Shown: in pieces, positions 1 through 13,121 of the stretch
Layout: each line of letters opens with the position of its first letter
Numbering within the stretch: the stretch's first letter is position 1
NCBI GenBank assembly: GCA_010093605.1
Contig: MU004185.1
Coordinates: forward strand, 1,509,334 to 1,573,333
Origin: Lophium mytilinum
Taxonomy: Eukaryota
DNA length: 64,000 bases
Direction: 5' to 3'
Translations under genes and position numbers: made by a program
Notes under the pieces: model-generated
What the model was told of the DNA's origin: nothing
Databases searched by the model: none
The model's input: only the letters and a program-made list of their open reading frames with translations

Positions 1-483
1 TGATATTGAAGGCCCAACGCGAGCGAGGAAAGGCCTCATCCTGTCGTTCAGAACGCGCTCTTTTGTGATGGCCATGAAGGATGCTATTCAGCACTACGTT
101 AGCAGTAAGGCTGCACATAGTTCGTGATGGTGGTGTGCCAGGAGTAGGTAGGACTTCCTGGTCGTTGATTTTGGATGAAAGGTGGTCAAAGCTTGACCCA
201 CCTTTGCCGCAAGGGATTCTTCCTCCTGAGGTCTTCGTTGGGTCGATCAATCCTTTGCCCCTCTGCGCAATAGGCAACATATAAATGCTACTCTCAAAAG
301 TGGGAGGTTCAGTTATCCAACGCTGTGGGCTTAGCTTTATGTAAAGCAAATTTAAGATACTCTCTCTACTGCTTTCGCCTGCTCTATTCTAAGCTGACTA
401 TCTCACACCTGGAGGCGATACGTGCAGAGTCTGCTACTCTTACTGTCTACGTTGATTGTTTTTAGTCCTGCAGGAATGTCAAT

Positions 484-1408
484 ATGAACCCATACGAAAC
501 CAACCCAGACAAGATCCCACCATCAGATCGCTACATCAAGGAGCCGCTCTACGGCCGATACTTCCCCCGTCCCGACGACTTCAAACCGGAGCCGACTCAT
601 ATCAACTCAATCACGCCTGAGTCCCTGAAGTACTGGGCCTCGGTGCTTGGGCATTGTGATGAATCCGTCAGGATCTACGACAACGAGGATGGCGGCCGCG
701 ATGTGTTTGCACTCGGGAGTGTGATTGTCAAGTCAAGTCAACTCAAGGAAGCTCTCGAAAGAGACTATTCACACGCCGATGCAAATGAGGTCGCAGCGAC
801 TGATCTGGCTAGAAAAGTACTAGGTGACTGCCAGGTACCGAAGATATACTTTGCGAACAAGGTAATCTCCTGACCTGTAGTCGTTTTCAGTCTTTTCATA
901 ACTAATGGGTATTGCGAAGATCAAAGGACGCAACGTCTTGGTACAAGAGAGAATTCCTGGAGTTGGTCTGAATGTTGCGTGGCAGTACATTACGCAGGCC
1001 CAGAAAGCCTCATTCAAGCAACAAGCACGAGATGTCTTGCGTCTGCTGGCCTCGATACAGCCGCCTAGTCCGCATGCGAGTCGCTCGTACGTAGTGCCTG
1101 ACGCAGACCCTGTGGAGCACCGAGGCATTCAGGAGCTAGAGAGAGACATAATCTTCTCGGACCATAATAAGGACCTAGATCTCAGTCTTATGCACAACGA
1201 CTTCACAACATCAAACTGCATAGTCCACAATGATAAATTGGCTGGACTCGTCGACTGGGAGATGCCGGGTTTCCTTGGCCGGAAGACAGCTGGGGAGGTT
1301 CACCGAGAGATCCGAACGCCAAAGCGGGAGAACTTTGCGCAATTGAACTTGCCAAAGGAACGGCTAAGCGATATTCTGTTCTGGAATGATTTGTATGAAG
1401 ACAAGTGA
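484..1408 (+). CDS. Aminoglycoside phosphotransferase (APH)/choline kinase-like protein; exons 484-861 and 920-1408
   Basis: ORFs 484..873 and 905..1408 join through a GTAATC...ACTAAT...AAG intron (862-919). Kinase-like motifs HNDFTTSN (HxDxxxxN) and LVDWE are present, plus VPKIYF. Confidence 0.8.
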
Positions 1409-1732
1409 GTTTGGTTTATCACTGTCCAAATTTCATGCTTGTCGGTAGGACCTCAATTATATGCCATTCTGTTTGGGTTCTTTAGGACTGCGCAAGAGGG
1501 GGGAACCATAGTTAAGCACCAAAATCAAGACTGCTTTGCATGTGAAGGCTTCTCCGTACTTTATATGGGGCCTATCTTCTGACCTGAAGTATTTATTAGC
1601 ACGGACTTGCAGTTTGGGGGAGTTTTATAGAACATTCTCCACCATGACTATCAGGATATACATACTCGGAAACTGGATACTGCTAACAAAAAACCCCAAG
1701 GGTCGTCTTAAACAAACTCTTGGATGGAGGTT

Positions 1733-2491
1733 TTACTTCGCTGACATCTTGTGCTTGAGTCCAGGGAGGAGGCTAGACTTCTGCTTCTTCTTTGCACCTC
1801 GCATCGTCCAGTCAATCGTTCCCTCCAGCTTCTTCTCACACTCCTCTGTCTCCTCTCCCTTGCGCATCTTCGCAAAAGCTTGATGAGCAATCTCAATATC
1901 CTTAGCATCTTCTTCCTCTCGCTCCCGCTTCTCCCTAACCTCAGCATCTTCTCCAACCCCATCCTTCCCCACATGCTCCTGCCTCGCATTCCTACTCCGA
2001 ATCTCATCCAACGCATCTGCAACCGCCATACCCGTCTTCTCATCCTCCACCTTCCTATCAAGCTCCCTCATCACATCCCTCTCCCCCTCCTCCCTCTCCA
2101 ACCGATCCATCGTCCCCTCCTCCGTTTCCTCCGCCAGCTTCGCCGCGCGCCACGGCTCAAAATTCCTCTTCGCCCCGCTCTCGCACTCATAGTCTTTATT
2201 CTTTGGATCCGTACACAAGGTGATCACAGCAGAGCAGCCAGTGCAGCGGATGTAGAGCCGAACAATCTCGATACCCAGGTACTTCTTGTGCGGATTCTCC
2301 TTGCGCGCGTTAAACTTCCGTCCTTTGTAGATGTACTCGCCGCAAGAGTTGCATCTCATGGAGAAGGGTGCCATCATGCGCGAGGTAGGGAGCTTACTGG
2401 CGCCTACTGGCTTGGGGCCGCGACGGCGGGCGATCGCGGAGGGGTCGAAGTCGGGAGGGTAGTATTTATAGATGACCTTTCGCTCGGCCAT
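1733..2491 (-). CDS. YJU2: Splicing factor Yju2/Cwc16 (CCDC94 family)
   Basis: MAERKVIYKYYPPDFDPS N-terminus, zinc-binding CNSC...CTGC, YIYKGRKFNARKE and TDPKNKDY motifs. The ATG at 2491 is preferred over the upstream TTG start in the ORF track. Confidence 0.92.
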   Translation of the reverse strand: MAERKVIYKYYPPDFDPSAIARRRGPKPVGASKLPTSRMMAPFSMRCNSCGEYIYKGRKFNARKENPHKKYLGIEIVRLYIRCTGCSAVITLCTDPKNKDYECESGAKRNFEPWRAAKLAEETEEGTMDRLEREEGERDVMRELDRKVEDEKTGMAVADALDEIRSRNARQEHVGKDGVGEDAEVREKREREEEDAKDIEIAHQAFAKMRKGEETEECEKKLEGTIDWTMRGAKKKQKSSLLPGLKHKMSAK

Positions 2492-2700
2492 GTTGGCGGT
2501 GTTGAAGTGGTGGGCTTTTTGGTGGCTGAGTGCGTTCTGGGGAGAGGTTTTGGGAATGGTTTGAAAATGAAAATTTGAGGTGTGCGGGTGCTTGTCGTGG
2601 AATCTTGTTGTGTTCCAAGGTTGTTCCAAAGTTGAGGTTTTGGTAACGAGTTAGAGAACCCTGGTTGACATACTCACGAGAGACCGCAAAAACGTACAAA

Positions 2701-3141
2701 CTACACGAGGCAAAACCTAGAGCGCTGGTTTGAAAGAGGCGGGTTTACAAATTCGATGCGCTGGATATTCTGCAGCCATGGTGACGGAAGAACACGAAAG
2801 AAGGCTCGTGCAATGTCCTAAAAAGACCTCCATTTCTCACAAATGCGAAATCTTTGCACGCTGTAGAAACGTGTCACTGACTCTTCGCGGATTTGGCGGT
2901 TCACACTGAAGGAGGTTGATATATCTGCCGTAGGTGTTCTATCCCGGGGATCGAAGCACTGGGCACGACGACCTTCAAAGTGATGATTCCAATTTACAAC
3001 AACATACAGTTGGCCTCTACCGAATGCGAAGCCGTAGATGAAGTTCCGAGATTCTGCTGGCAGTTTGAGAAAGTCGAAATGACCTATCATTTTGACATCC
3101 CCAGGAGCCGTATCTTCGGCTAGCTTCGCAAATCGATCCAT
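2701..3141 (-). pseudogene. F-box-like 'LPxExR' domain protein of unknown function, with an apparent premature stop at 2818-2820
   Basis: FLKLPAESRNFIYGFAF and VNRQIREES...FYS are typical of this fungal family. After the TAG the same frame continues DIARAFFRVLPSPWLQNIQRIEF to a stop at 2701. Confidence 0.45.
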
Positions 3142-3583
3142 GCTGATGCGTATTACGATGTGGGGATGGAGCTGGTTTTGCTGGCATTTGTAAGGCGCCC
3201 CACAAATAGGATGACAAGACGGTGCAATCGTCCATCAGGTCTCTTGAGGTGCAACCAATCTTACCCAATTAGTGTCACTTGACCATCCAACAGCACCACA
3301 TTAGCGAAACAATAGTAGGGAAGCAGACATATATATATTGGGTATACTTGTATCCTACCACCATAAACTGTTGGATCTTTCGATACAGGACAAGATATTT
3401 CGTGGCTTGACACGTCAAAGAAGCGTAGACGTCTTCACCCCTGCAGATTTCACGAAAGATCATGCGGAGGGTTCCTCAAATGCGCACGTTTGTCCACGTC
3501 TCTTCGGATTGCGAACCGCCCAAGCGTACGCGTTGACTCGTAACCGGATCCAATCAGTAGCCAAAGCTACTCTTGAAACTCGC

Positions 3584-5017
3584 TCAGCTAGCACCAAGAG
3601 CCCTCAGCGCTATCCTTAACTCCTTCACCGCGGTGTCTACGTCCTCGAAATTTAGGGCGGAGACCGCCCACTTAGCATGTTTCTGCGCGGCGAAAATCGC
3701 TTCTTCATCCGTATTGTAGGCTCCTCCATTTGGATATGCCTGTTGTTGCTGGTATGGTGCGCTCTGCGGAGCTGGTGCGGGTGCTTGCTGTTGGTGGAAG
3801 ACTTGCGGCTGCTGAGCTTGAAACTGGGGCTGCTGCGGAGGTTGGTGATGTTGAGGCGGTGGGTAATGCTGCTGCGGCTGGAACAGATTTTGTGGAGGTT
3901 GCTGCGGAGGGATCTGTGGCTGTGGTGCTGGGAAGGCAAGCTTATTCTGATCAACGTCTCTGCTCTGGTTCTGGTAGAATGCTTGTGGGACACCTGCCGG
4001 TGCGGGAGTCTCGTAGGGTGATGTCATAGTTTCGTCCTCATTTAATGGGGCTGTGGGTAAGCTAGGTGCAGCACTATCTGCAGTGAAAGTCGGTACGTCG
4101 TTGACGCGAGGGAAATATCCGCCTCCAATAGATGAGACGGAGCCTTGACGGGATGTAGCCGGAGCTGATATAGGAGACACATCCCGATGCGGCATGTACT
4201 GCCGCGGCGAGGGCGCTCGGTGCGAGTAGCCAGAGGGAGCAGAAGGTAGTGTAGGAGGAGGCGGTGATACTCTCGACGCTGATAACGCTGGGGATGGGTG
4301 GGCGGAGGTGTCTGGTGCTGATTCTACATATGGCTGGTGCAACCCATTTATTCGCTGAACTTCCGGGTCGTTGGGATCTAGAGCGGCTGGCGACACTGCC
4401 GGTGTAGATTCTTGCACCGGATTCGAAAGATTGGGATCTTCGCCTGCTTTGAGGGCTTTTGCAATACGTATAGCGTGGTATTTTGCGTATTTTGACTTGG
4501 ACATAATCTCTTGCGTCGGAGCACCCCAGTTGGACAGCATATCTAGGAATGTAGCAGCAGCACGAAATGTTTCGGCAGTCTGTCTGTTCAGGAGTAAGCT
4601 CTTCGTGCCCTCCATATTGAATAAGATGTCCAGCATACACTGATGCCTTATTCGCTCGCACAGCATTGTCCGCCCGTTGGAAAGTGTCTAGCGCGAACTG
4701 CTCGCAGTATGCTTGCGCCGCCATCTCGTCCATTATGGCATCTTCGGAGGCGTGTTCGGTCTTGGTCTGCTCAAGCTTGTCCATCAGGGTAGTGGTGTAT
4801 TGCAGGCATTCTTGGTCCGCTTGGTGGAGGCCTTTGCTGAGGATTTGCTGGACAATATAGTATTCGCCTGTAAGCTATTAGTGGAGTTCGAAGACCTTAA
4901 TCATGGGCACATACACCAATATGCGACTACTGGCTTGATTTTCTCCAGCTGAGCTGCCCGCACCGCAAAACGGGTGATATCGGCGGTCTTCAGCTTCGCG
5001 GGGACATTGGACGTCAT
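3584..5017 (-). CDS. VTA1: Vta1 (Vps4 activator, ESCRT/MVB pathway); exons 5017-4915, 4867-4639 and 4583-3584
   Basis: N-terminal MIT region (KPVVAYWCEY, ALDTFQRADNAVRA, KYAKYHAIRI), a Pro/Gln-rich linker and the C-terminal VSL motif AQKHAKWAVSALNFEDVDTAV. Canonical splice sites found by eye. Confidence 0.93.
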
Positions 5018-5328
5018 GTTGAACGCACCAGAATCTGGAGTGTTGAGTGAGGAGAGGTTGTCGAGGGGCCTGTATCTGCGCAAAAGTGGTGATAGGACGA
5101 TGGTGGTGAGTCCGTAAGGCTGTTTCTATATGGCCATAACCGCCTGGTCGGTGGTCCAAGCTTGAGATCCAGCCCCGCGTTATTGAGGAAGCTCTCCCCG
5201 GCCCTGGATGAGGCTACCTGTCATTTACATAAAGACACCTAATATATCACGCCGCCTCCCGCTTCCTTCTTCTCTCCCTCTTCTTCTCCAATTCTCCTCT
5301 TCTCTTTGCCTTTCTCTACTACAGCACG

Positions 5329-6946
5329 ATGGTACACACTTCAGCTCTCGTCGCTGCTGCGGCTTCACTGTTGCTAGCTGCTCCAGTTGCAGCCAATGGC
5401 ATGTACAGTAAGAGCTCTCCAGTTCTCGCAATCAACGGCATGGAGTACGATCGACTGATCAAGAACTCGAATTACACATCTGTAAGCCTTGTTCCATCAC
5501 ACAGTAAACACTTTGCTCACAATACCCACAGATAGTCGAGTAAGCATTCACTGTTCTCCACCACTTCCACCTACTCGCCCTAACAAAGACCTCCCCAGGT
5601 TTTATGCCCCATGGTGCGGCCACTGCAAGAGCCTCAAGCCTGCCTACGAATCTGCAGCCAAGTCCCTCGCCGGTCTCGCCAAAGTCGCCGCCATCAATTG
5701 CGATGATGAATTCAACAAGCCGTTCTGCGGCACCATGGGCGTGAAGGGCTTCCCGACACTAAAGATCGTTCGACCAGGCAAGAAGCCCGGTAAACCGAGT
5801 GTTGAAGACTACAATGGCCAGCGCGAAGCTAAGGCGATCGTGAATGCGGTCAAGGAGCGCATTCCGAATACCGTGAAGCGGGTCGTGGACAAGGGATTAG
5901 AAGACTGGCTGAAAGAGGGTAATGACACGGCCAAGGCGGTCTTATTCAGTGACAAGGGAGTTACGAGCTCCACGATACGGGCGCTTGCGATTGACTTCGC
6001 GGGCGTCGTGAACATAGCGCAAATCCGGAATAAGGAAAAGGAGGCCATGTCCACGTTCGGGATTGAGAAGGTCCCTGCGTTTGTCCTTCTCCCAGGCGGT
6101 GACAAAGAGGCCATCGTCTACGATGGCAAGATGGAGAAAGCGCCCATGAGCGAGTTCCTCTCCCAGATTGCCCCTCCAAACCCGGACTGTCCACCCGAGA
6201 AAGAAAAGGCCTCCAAGAAGAAGTCATCAAGCAAGAAAGACAGCAAGAAAGAAGCCAAAAAGTCCGCTTCTTTCTCCTCTGCCTCTTCGTCTCAGCACTC
6301 TGCTGACTCGGAGTCCGCGAAAGCATCAGCTACAAACATTGTCCTCGAGGAGCCGGAACTCCCTGTTGAGTCACCTGACCCGGACGTTGAAACCGCGCCG
6401 CCTGTCGTAGTCGAAGACGCTTCCGCATCCATCCCTCGTATATCCAGCGGCCCAGATCTCCAGGCTCAATGTTTCAGCTCCAAGAGCAAACAGTGCATTC
6501 TCGCAATTCTCCCAGAGGGTGATACTCTCCCAGAGGCCGCTACCACCGCTCTCGCCTCTTTAGCTTCCATCCACAAGAAGCACGAGGAACTGAACACGCA
6601 CCTCTTCCCCTTCTTTGCTGTCCCAGCGTCGAACCCTTTTGCCGCTACAATACGTGAAGAGCTTAAGCTTAGTGCCGAGGACACGCAGCTCATTACCACG
6701 CTAGCGAAACGGGGCTGGTGGAAGCAGTACTCCGGTTCTGGATTTGGGGCGACGACTGTAGAGGACTGGGTGGATGCACTCAGAATGGGCGAGGGTAAGA
6801 AGGAGAAATTACCCGAGAGTCTAATTAGAGAGGCGACCGTGGCAGAGGAGAAGAAGGCAGAGGAAGAGCAGCAACCCATCAAGATCGAGGTTGAAGAGAT
6901 CTTGGACGAGCCTGAAGTGCCGGGCCCAGAGCACAACGAGCTGTGA
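5329..6946 (+). CDS. Protein disulfide isomerase-related thioredoxin protein (Mpd1-like); exons 5329-5481, 5532-5539 and 5599-6946
   Basis: Signal peptide MVHTSALVAAAASLLLAAPVAA, active site (IVE)FYAPWCGHC, GFPTLK, and a C-terminal ER-retention-like HNEL. Confidence 0.9.
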
Positions 6947-8500
6947 AGCAGGCGTGTAGTTAGGGCATTAGGAAAATGGGCGTTTGGCTGGAAAAGCGGA
7001 AATGGAATTGATCAAGCTGATTTATGAGCGGAGCGTGGCGTGTACTGTATGTAGCTGACCCTCTTTCAACTTTTTGAAACAAGTTCTCCTTGCAAAGTCG
7101 CCCCTGGGTCGTCCACTCCCCATATCTCATTCAACATATTCTCTGCACCCCTACCGCTTCCGCGCAGCCAGCCAGTGGCCCGGAGCAGAGGTTTGACTTA
7201 CAGTGTACTAAACCAGGGACCAACGAACAGCAGGTTTGCAAGCGCTCTGATCTCTCGATCAGCTTAAAAGTTTTTCCACGTCTATAAACCTATGTCTCTT
7301 GTCCGCTTCGAGCATTTTGTGAGGCGATTGAAACTAGACTGAGAAGATAGAGATTAATCAGTCGACATCCAAGGAATGGGCCCACCAATCTTTTTAGTCC
7401 TGGACTGGCGACCTCGCAGTGGTTTGGAGTTTGACACTTCGATTTGAGTATTGTCACGTGTATTCGCGACCAAACTAGACTAGCTTAGTCCCCGTCTTAG
7501 CGCCACTCTCCGACTACGCGTTTCCGACGCGGTCAACTCGACCTCACCTTCCAGCTCTACACTTTCCCAGACCGAGAACTATTTCTGTACCAATAGACTT
7601 GCCCCGAAAAGGACGACCACCTCTAACGTATCCTGCTGCAAGTTTGTCGGAGCTGTTCTGAACGGCGACTCCTGATTCGACATGCATCATTGCGGCACAG
7701 CAGCGCTTCCTGATGTTCCTCGTTCCAGCTGTGCCGTTGATGTGCAAGGGAGAAAAGTATTTTGCCTGGGTGAAACACCTTTGGCTATCTTTCATCATAC
7801 CATCCTTCCTCAGCCATATTAAGGAGTGCATCTGAGTGTGTCAACCCCGGCATTGACGTACCGGTTCAGGAAGTCGCAGGTTCGATCCTGCAGCCATGAT
7901 CTATTTACAGATTAAATCTGAAGCAACTCCATGGTCTAAAGCTCTTTGCTCATTGGATTCTTGACAGCTCTTGCATCGTTTTGCGAATAGGGTCTAGTCT
8001 CTCCTCTTACATTCTACGCAGAGATTCAGGTAATGCCGCCGTCTCGGTGGCTAAGCACGTATTGAAGAAGCTCTCGAAGAGTCGCTAGAGCGTTATAAGC
8101 TACACAAAAGAGTGTGCACAGATACACATCGGATCAACGATACTTTATAACATCCTATACTCACCCGATTTACACCAATAACACCCTCATGAGAAATCCG
8201 GGTTCTTTTTGCACGCGTTAGCTTTCCCAAACTTCCGTCGAAATGTCCATGCCTTAGGTTTCGTAAGTTCCAGCTATGTTCAGGACATCAATACTTGGTC
8301 AGTGTCAGAATATGTGCCACGTTTGGGGCGCAGCTTTGACCAATACGCTGATATAGAAGGCGCTTAACCAACCTCCTCCAGGTATAAGACGGTCGACTTG
8401 TCCCATACCTTTAGCGCATTGCTCTCGCATTCTTCTTAAAAGCAGCTTTCAAGTCGCTTTCTCGTTGCTTAGTCACCCGATCGTCTGTCATCATACAACC

Positions 8501-11257
8501 ATGTCGCCAACAGAATTTGAGACACCTGTACTCGACCAAATCTACTCTCCTGACCAAGTCGAGCTTTTCGATACCATCGACAGGCTCAGGCATCATGAGG
8601 CATGCAGAGAAGCTGGGCTTCCGCAACTCATAGTGACTGGAGATCAAAGTTCTGGGTACGTAATTTCCTGGTACTCATATTATATTCCTTTGATATCAAG
8701 TCTCCTCGAGTGTCACATTGGCCGGGGTTGGAACACGGCTCCTGACGTCCCCTTTGCATAACCCGTACGATGTGAACTAACACCTTGAAGGAAATCCTCG
8801 ATTCTGGCCGGTTTGACCGGGCTACCATTTCCGACCAAGGACGGTCTTTGCACAACATTTGCTACCGAACTAGTGATACGAAGGGGAAGCTTTACACGCC
8901 TATCGAGTTCAATCAAACCTGGACCGAATCGAAGCCCTGCAGAAACGCAACGTTTGCTCAAGTTTCAGTCGACCTTTTCTTCACCTGATAAGATCTCAGA
9001 GTTGATAGAGGACGCAAAGGCATTCATGAGGGGAGGCTCCCACACAACTGCAAATGCCTTCTCGGAGGATATCCTCCAGATCGAAATAGTTGGGCCAAAG
9101 CGCGTACCTTTGACGATTGTCGACCTGCCTGGCTTGATCCAGAGTGTGAATGATGGTCAGAAAGCACGAGACGTGGAATTTGTGCATTCGCTTGTCAAAA
9201 GTTACATGGAAAAACCGCGAAGTATCATACTCGCCGTCGTCTCTGCGAAGAGCGAACGTGCGGCCCAGAGAATTCTTCGCTACACAAAGGAAATAGATCC
9301 CCGGGGCACGAGAACCTTAGGTAAGCACATTTTCACTGCTCTGAGCAAGACTCACGGCGCTGTTACTGAGATCTTCGTACAGGTATTATCACGAAGCCTG
9401 ATACCCTAGATCCGGGGTCTGAGAACGAGACCAGCTACATTCAATTAGCTCGAAACGAGTCGATCCATCTTAAACTCGGATGGCATGTGGTAAAGAATCG
9501 CAGCTACCAGACCAGGCAGTGCTCGGACGAAGAAAGAGACGCCGCCGAAACGGAATTCTTCTCTACCGGAAAATGGGCATCAATTTCTCCGGGCCATCGT
9601 GGGATCGAATCTCTTCGAACGAGGCTAGGAGACATTTTGCAGAAGCACATATGCGACGAGCTGCCATTCCTCAGTGCGGATCTAAAGATAGCTCTCGACA
9701 AAAGCCGCCGAAGACGCGAAAAGCTGGGCAAACCTCGAATCTCCAAGGATGATTACCAACTGTTCCTCGTTAAGATCAGCGAACACTTCCAGACGATCTC
9801 TCGAGATGCTGTAAATGCCTCATACAACTCCCCGTTTTTCAACCTGTCATCGTCCCACGCAGAAGCAACGCGACTTCGAGGCCGGGTCCAAAATTTGAAC
9901 ATGGACTTCGCCCAACTCATGTATGCGAATGGTCATACTACTCATATTGTCAGAGATGGTGATCTATCAGCCAGACTATGGTCAACTCGGCCTGACCTTG
10001 AGTTAGAGGTTGGAGAAACGGGTGTTATGACAAGATCGAGTTTCTTGAAGGTGATCTCCCGCCTAGACAAGGACAGTAGGGGCACAGAACTTCCTTACTT
10101 ATCAAATCCCCATCTGATTGGAGATCTCTTCAAAGAACAATCAAAACACTGGGCTACGATAGGGGAATACCATCTCGAAAGGGTGCACAAGGCCGTTATG
10201 GAATTTTTGGGGCATCTTCTAGAGAACATAACAGATCCAAGGACAGCCAACGGCTTGATGATAGAATTGATTGACAGTCAGATGGAGGAAATGGGGAAGG
10301 ACCTAGATGCTAAGCTTCAGGAGCTCGTATCACCATACACATCTTGCCATCCTATTACGTACGACGCCAACTTCATCAATGAAGTCCAGCAGGCGCGAGC
10401 TCAGCGACAGGACCATGGTACCCTCGGCAAAAAGGCGCAAATATCGGGCAATGCTGAGCTGGTCGAAGATTCCAAGAAGTCATCGGAAGACTTCGCATAC
10501 TCCGAGATACTCGATGCAATGCAGGCATACTACAATGTGAGTAGCAGTGCACAATCAATCTCGTCCTCCTTTCTCCCTTGCTAAAACATCCTGTTAGGTA
10601 GCAATTCAAGTGTTCATAAGCAACATCACCGTCCTTGCCGTCGAAAAGTGCCTGATCGCTAAAATACCAGCAATCTTTGATTCTTCCACAGTTTTGGGTT
10701 TGACTGAGGATCAATTAGAAGCTATTGCTGGGGAGTCAGCAGAGGTTCGACGCGAGCGTTCCGGTCTAGACGATAAAATCGAAGATTTGGAATCTGGTTA
10801 CGAACTTCTGAAGACTTTTGCCCGTCACGGCGCTAGTCATAACAGCCGTCCAAGTATACTTGTTACGCCTGGTAACCATGAAGTACGTTCCGAGAACAAA
10901 CATCTCAAGGCGGAGCTGGAGAACAGGACGTCTAGGTCGCAGTCTCGTTCAAGCCACAGGTCAAGGGCGTCGACACCTTCCCCGTCAATTTCATCGTTTG
11001 ACGGATCTTCACCATCATCGTCTCCACCGAACAGTGGAACTCGAAGCACGTCATCTTTGTCGTCGTACGACGTGTTTGATACTGAAGAGAGAAAAGATGT
11101 ACGAAATCTGTCTCCCGCTGCGTCTACCCCGTCCCGCAAGAAGAAAGGAGAACGGAGAGTTCGCAGTCCAAGGTCGGGACAGTCGCTGTCTCAAACGCTT
11201 GGAGACTTGTTGTCGCCAAGAGAGGAAATCTCGGGCCTTAACGGTCCAGTGCAGTGA
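8501..11257 (+). CDS. Dynamin-like GTPase A (fungal Mx-like/dynamin family); exons 8501-8655, 8791-9320, 9383-10536 and 10598-11257
   Basis: Spliced G1 LPQLIVTGDQSSGKSS, G2 CTTFATE, G3 DLPG, G4 TKPD, GWHVVKNR, RGTELP, a GED-like C-terminal helix, and a Ser-rich tail. Confidence 0.9.
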
Positions 11258-13078
11258 TGTCTCAATGACCCAGCATGGACTGAGGACATTCCAAGGTCTA
11301 TTCCCAGTATGCCGACCTTTTCCTGTAGTTCGGAAGTGCGATTTCTTATGCGGTCTTCACTCTTTTGTCCCTCTCACTTTCTTCTCCTCGGTCTTATGTT
11401 TTGTCATGCTTACAGTCCTTATATGATCTATTGTACTTCTGGATATATTCATCTTATCTTCGCGACCTATCAATTCACATAGTTCCTAACTTGAATGTCA
11501 AAATCACCGTTTTGATGTGCGGACATCAACGGCGTGCATCGCAACCCTCCAGTCACACAGGAGCGCAAAGGAAGTACCTCTCGTGTGATCTCGGATACTA
11601 CATTCACAAGTCACGATACGGCACGCGACGGGTAAAGTTACAGGCCTACTTACGAGATGATTCGAGGGATTATCACGATTCGCGCAGCATGAGAATGACG
11701 TTGTTAGTACCAATCATCCTCGAATATCATGATTGGCCGCATACCGTCATCTTGCACCCTATCATCGACATTTCTTCGCCTCTAGTTTCCGAAGCGATCC
11801 AATCAACCCGTTGAGGCTTGAGGCGTCGAAACACCACTCCTCCCACGTCTGATACCATCGCGAAATATATTAGCTAACAGCATAGTGGGCCTTTCGGAGC
11901 CAAACGGTCCGAATCAAACTCGATACCTCGACTACTTGCGCACACCGCTTATAACGATGACCACACTGCATTCTACCGTCCTATTAGGGAGATCAAAGAC
12001 CTCTTCTAGACTCACGCCGATACCGGTCAATATGCGTATATCATACACCGGATGCAAGGCGACGACAGCAAAAAAAGTGGGCGTTCCTGAGCCACGTCTC
12101 GCTCATCACTTGAGCCGCGTAGGCCGCGCGTGGGATGATTTGCCTGAGACCGTGGACTTATCCAATGGCTTTGATTGGCTCTCTCTGGCCTGATATCACA
12201 GCAGGCAACGGGTGCCTTGGTCAGGTGTGCGAAAGAGATATATGTGAAGTACAAGTAAGCGAGGTTGGCCAATGAACGCCAGCCAGGCGCAGCTTACACA
12301 GGCCCATCCATGCCCCCGTCAGCCTTATGAAGAGCGAGTCACAGCCTTCCCGCTTTCGATCTCAGTCTGATATCTCCTGCGTGCGTTGGATGCATGGGTG
12401 TGGTCGTCCCGCGTGGGGAAGCAGGCGGACAGGGCGAAACCGGGACTGCAACTCACGTACCACCGCATGTACATCTATCAACTGACGTTTTGCATTAGAC
12501 GCCCTGCGACTGGCGATTACCGCTGTAGCGAGTCGTGATGAGGCACGAAGACTGATAATGGACACTGCAGTGCAGCTAGCAAAGTCGTCACATGAGGACT
12601 GCAAAGAAGCGGTGGACGAACACGGACACGCCACGCAGACTCGACGGCGAGGCCTGGTAAGCATACGACGAAAGAACACTGACGCGCTGGGAGGAGGAAG
12701 TCGGCCACTCTTACTACTCTGTGGTGTTTCGTAGGGCGATTGTGATATCTTCGTTGACGTCGACCTCTCCCCTGCACGACTCGTCTACGCCCCGTGACCG
12801 GACTGCGGTCCAGCCACAGCTCTCGCATCCCACCTGTCGCTTTGGGCATGCCGAAGCTTGCTGGGCACCGTGCTGGCCACGCCGCTATCCAGCTCCCACT
12901 CGGCCCCGCCGACCGTGCCGAGGACAGCAGACGGGAGACAGGGAGCATCGGAGCTGACCGCCTCGATTTGAAGGTCCAGTGACCCGCGTGAGCAAAGCGG
13001 CCGCACACCAATCGCAGACTGTAGACGCGACGTGCTGGGAACCTTGGAATTGAGCAGAGGGGCAGTGCAAGAGTGGGG

Positions 13079-13121
13079 AGCAAAGCAAAGCGAAGCAGCA
13101 AAGCACAGCACAGCACAGCAA
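13079..13121 (+). repeat. Imperfect (AGCAA/AGCAC)n microsatellite
   Basis: agcaaagcaaagcgaagcagcaaagcacagcacagcacagcaa. Confidence 0.6.

Noticed and set aside
1..281. Open minus-strand frame running off the window start
   Set aside because: May be part of a gene, but no motif is recognisable and the frame cannot be fixed without the adjacent sequence.
1751..2578. 275-aa plus-strand ORF, and similar ones at 43781-44470 and 48541-49260
   Set aside because: Antisense shadows of YJU2, NADAR and SKT5 produced by codon bias; no domain motifs.
7876..7891. tRNA T-arm-like hairpin GCAGG-TTCGAT-CCTGC
   Set aside because: The loop is 6 nt rather than 7, and no acceptor stem, D-arm/A-box or anticodon arm could be folded around it.
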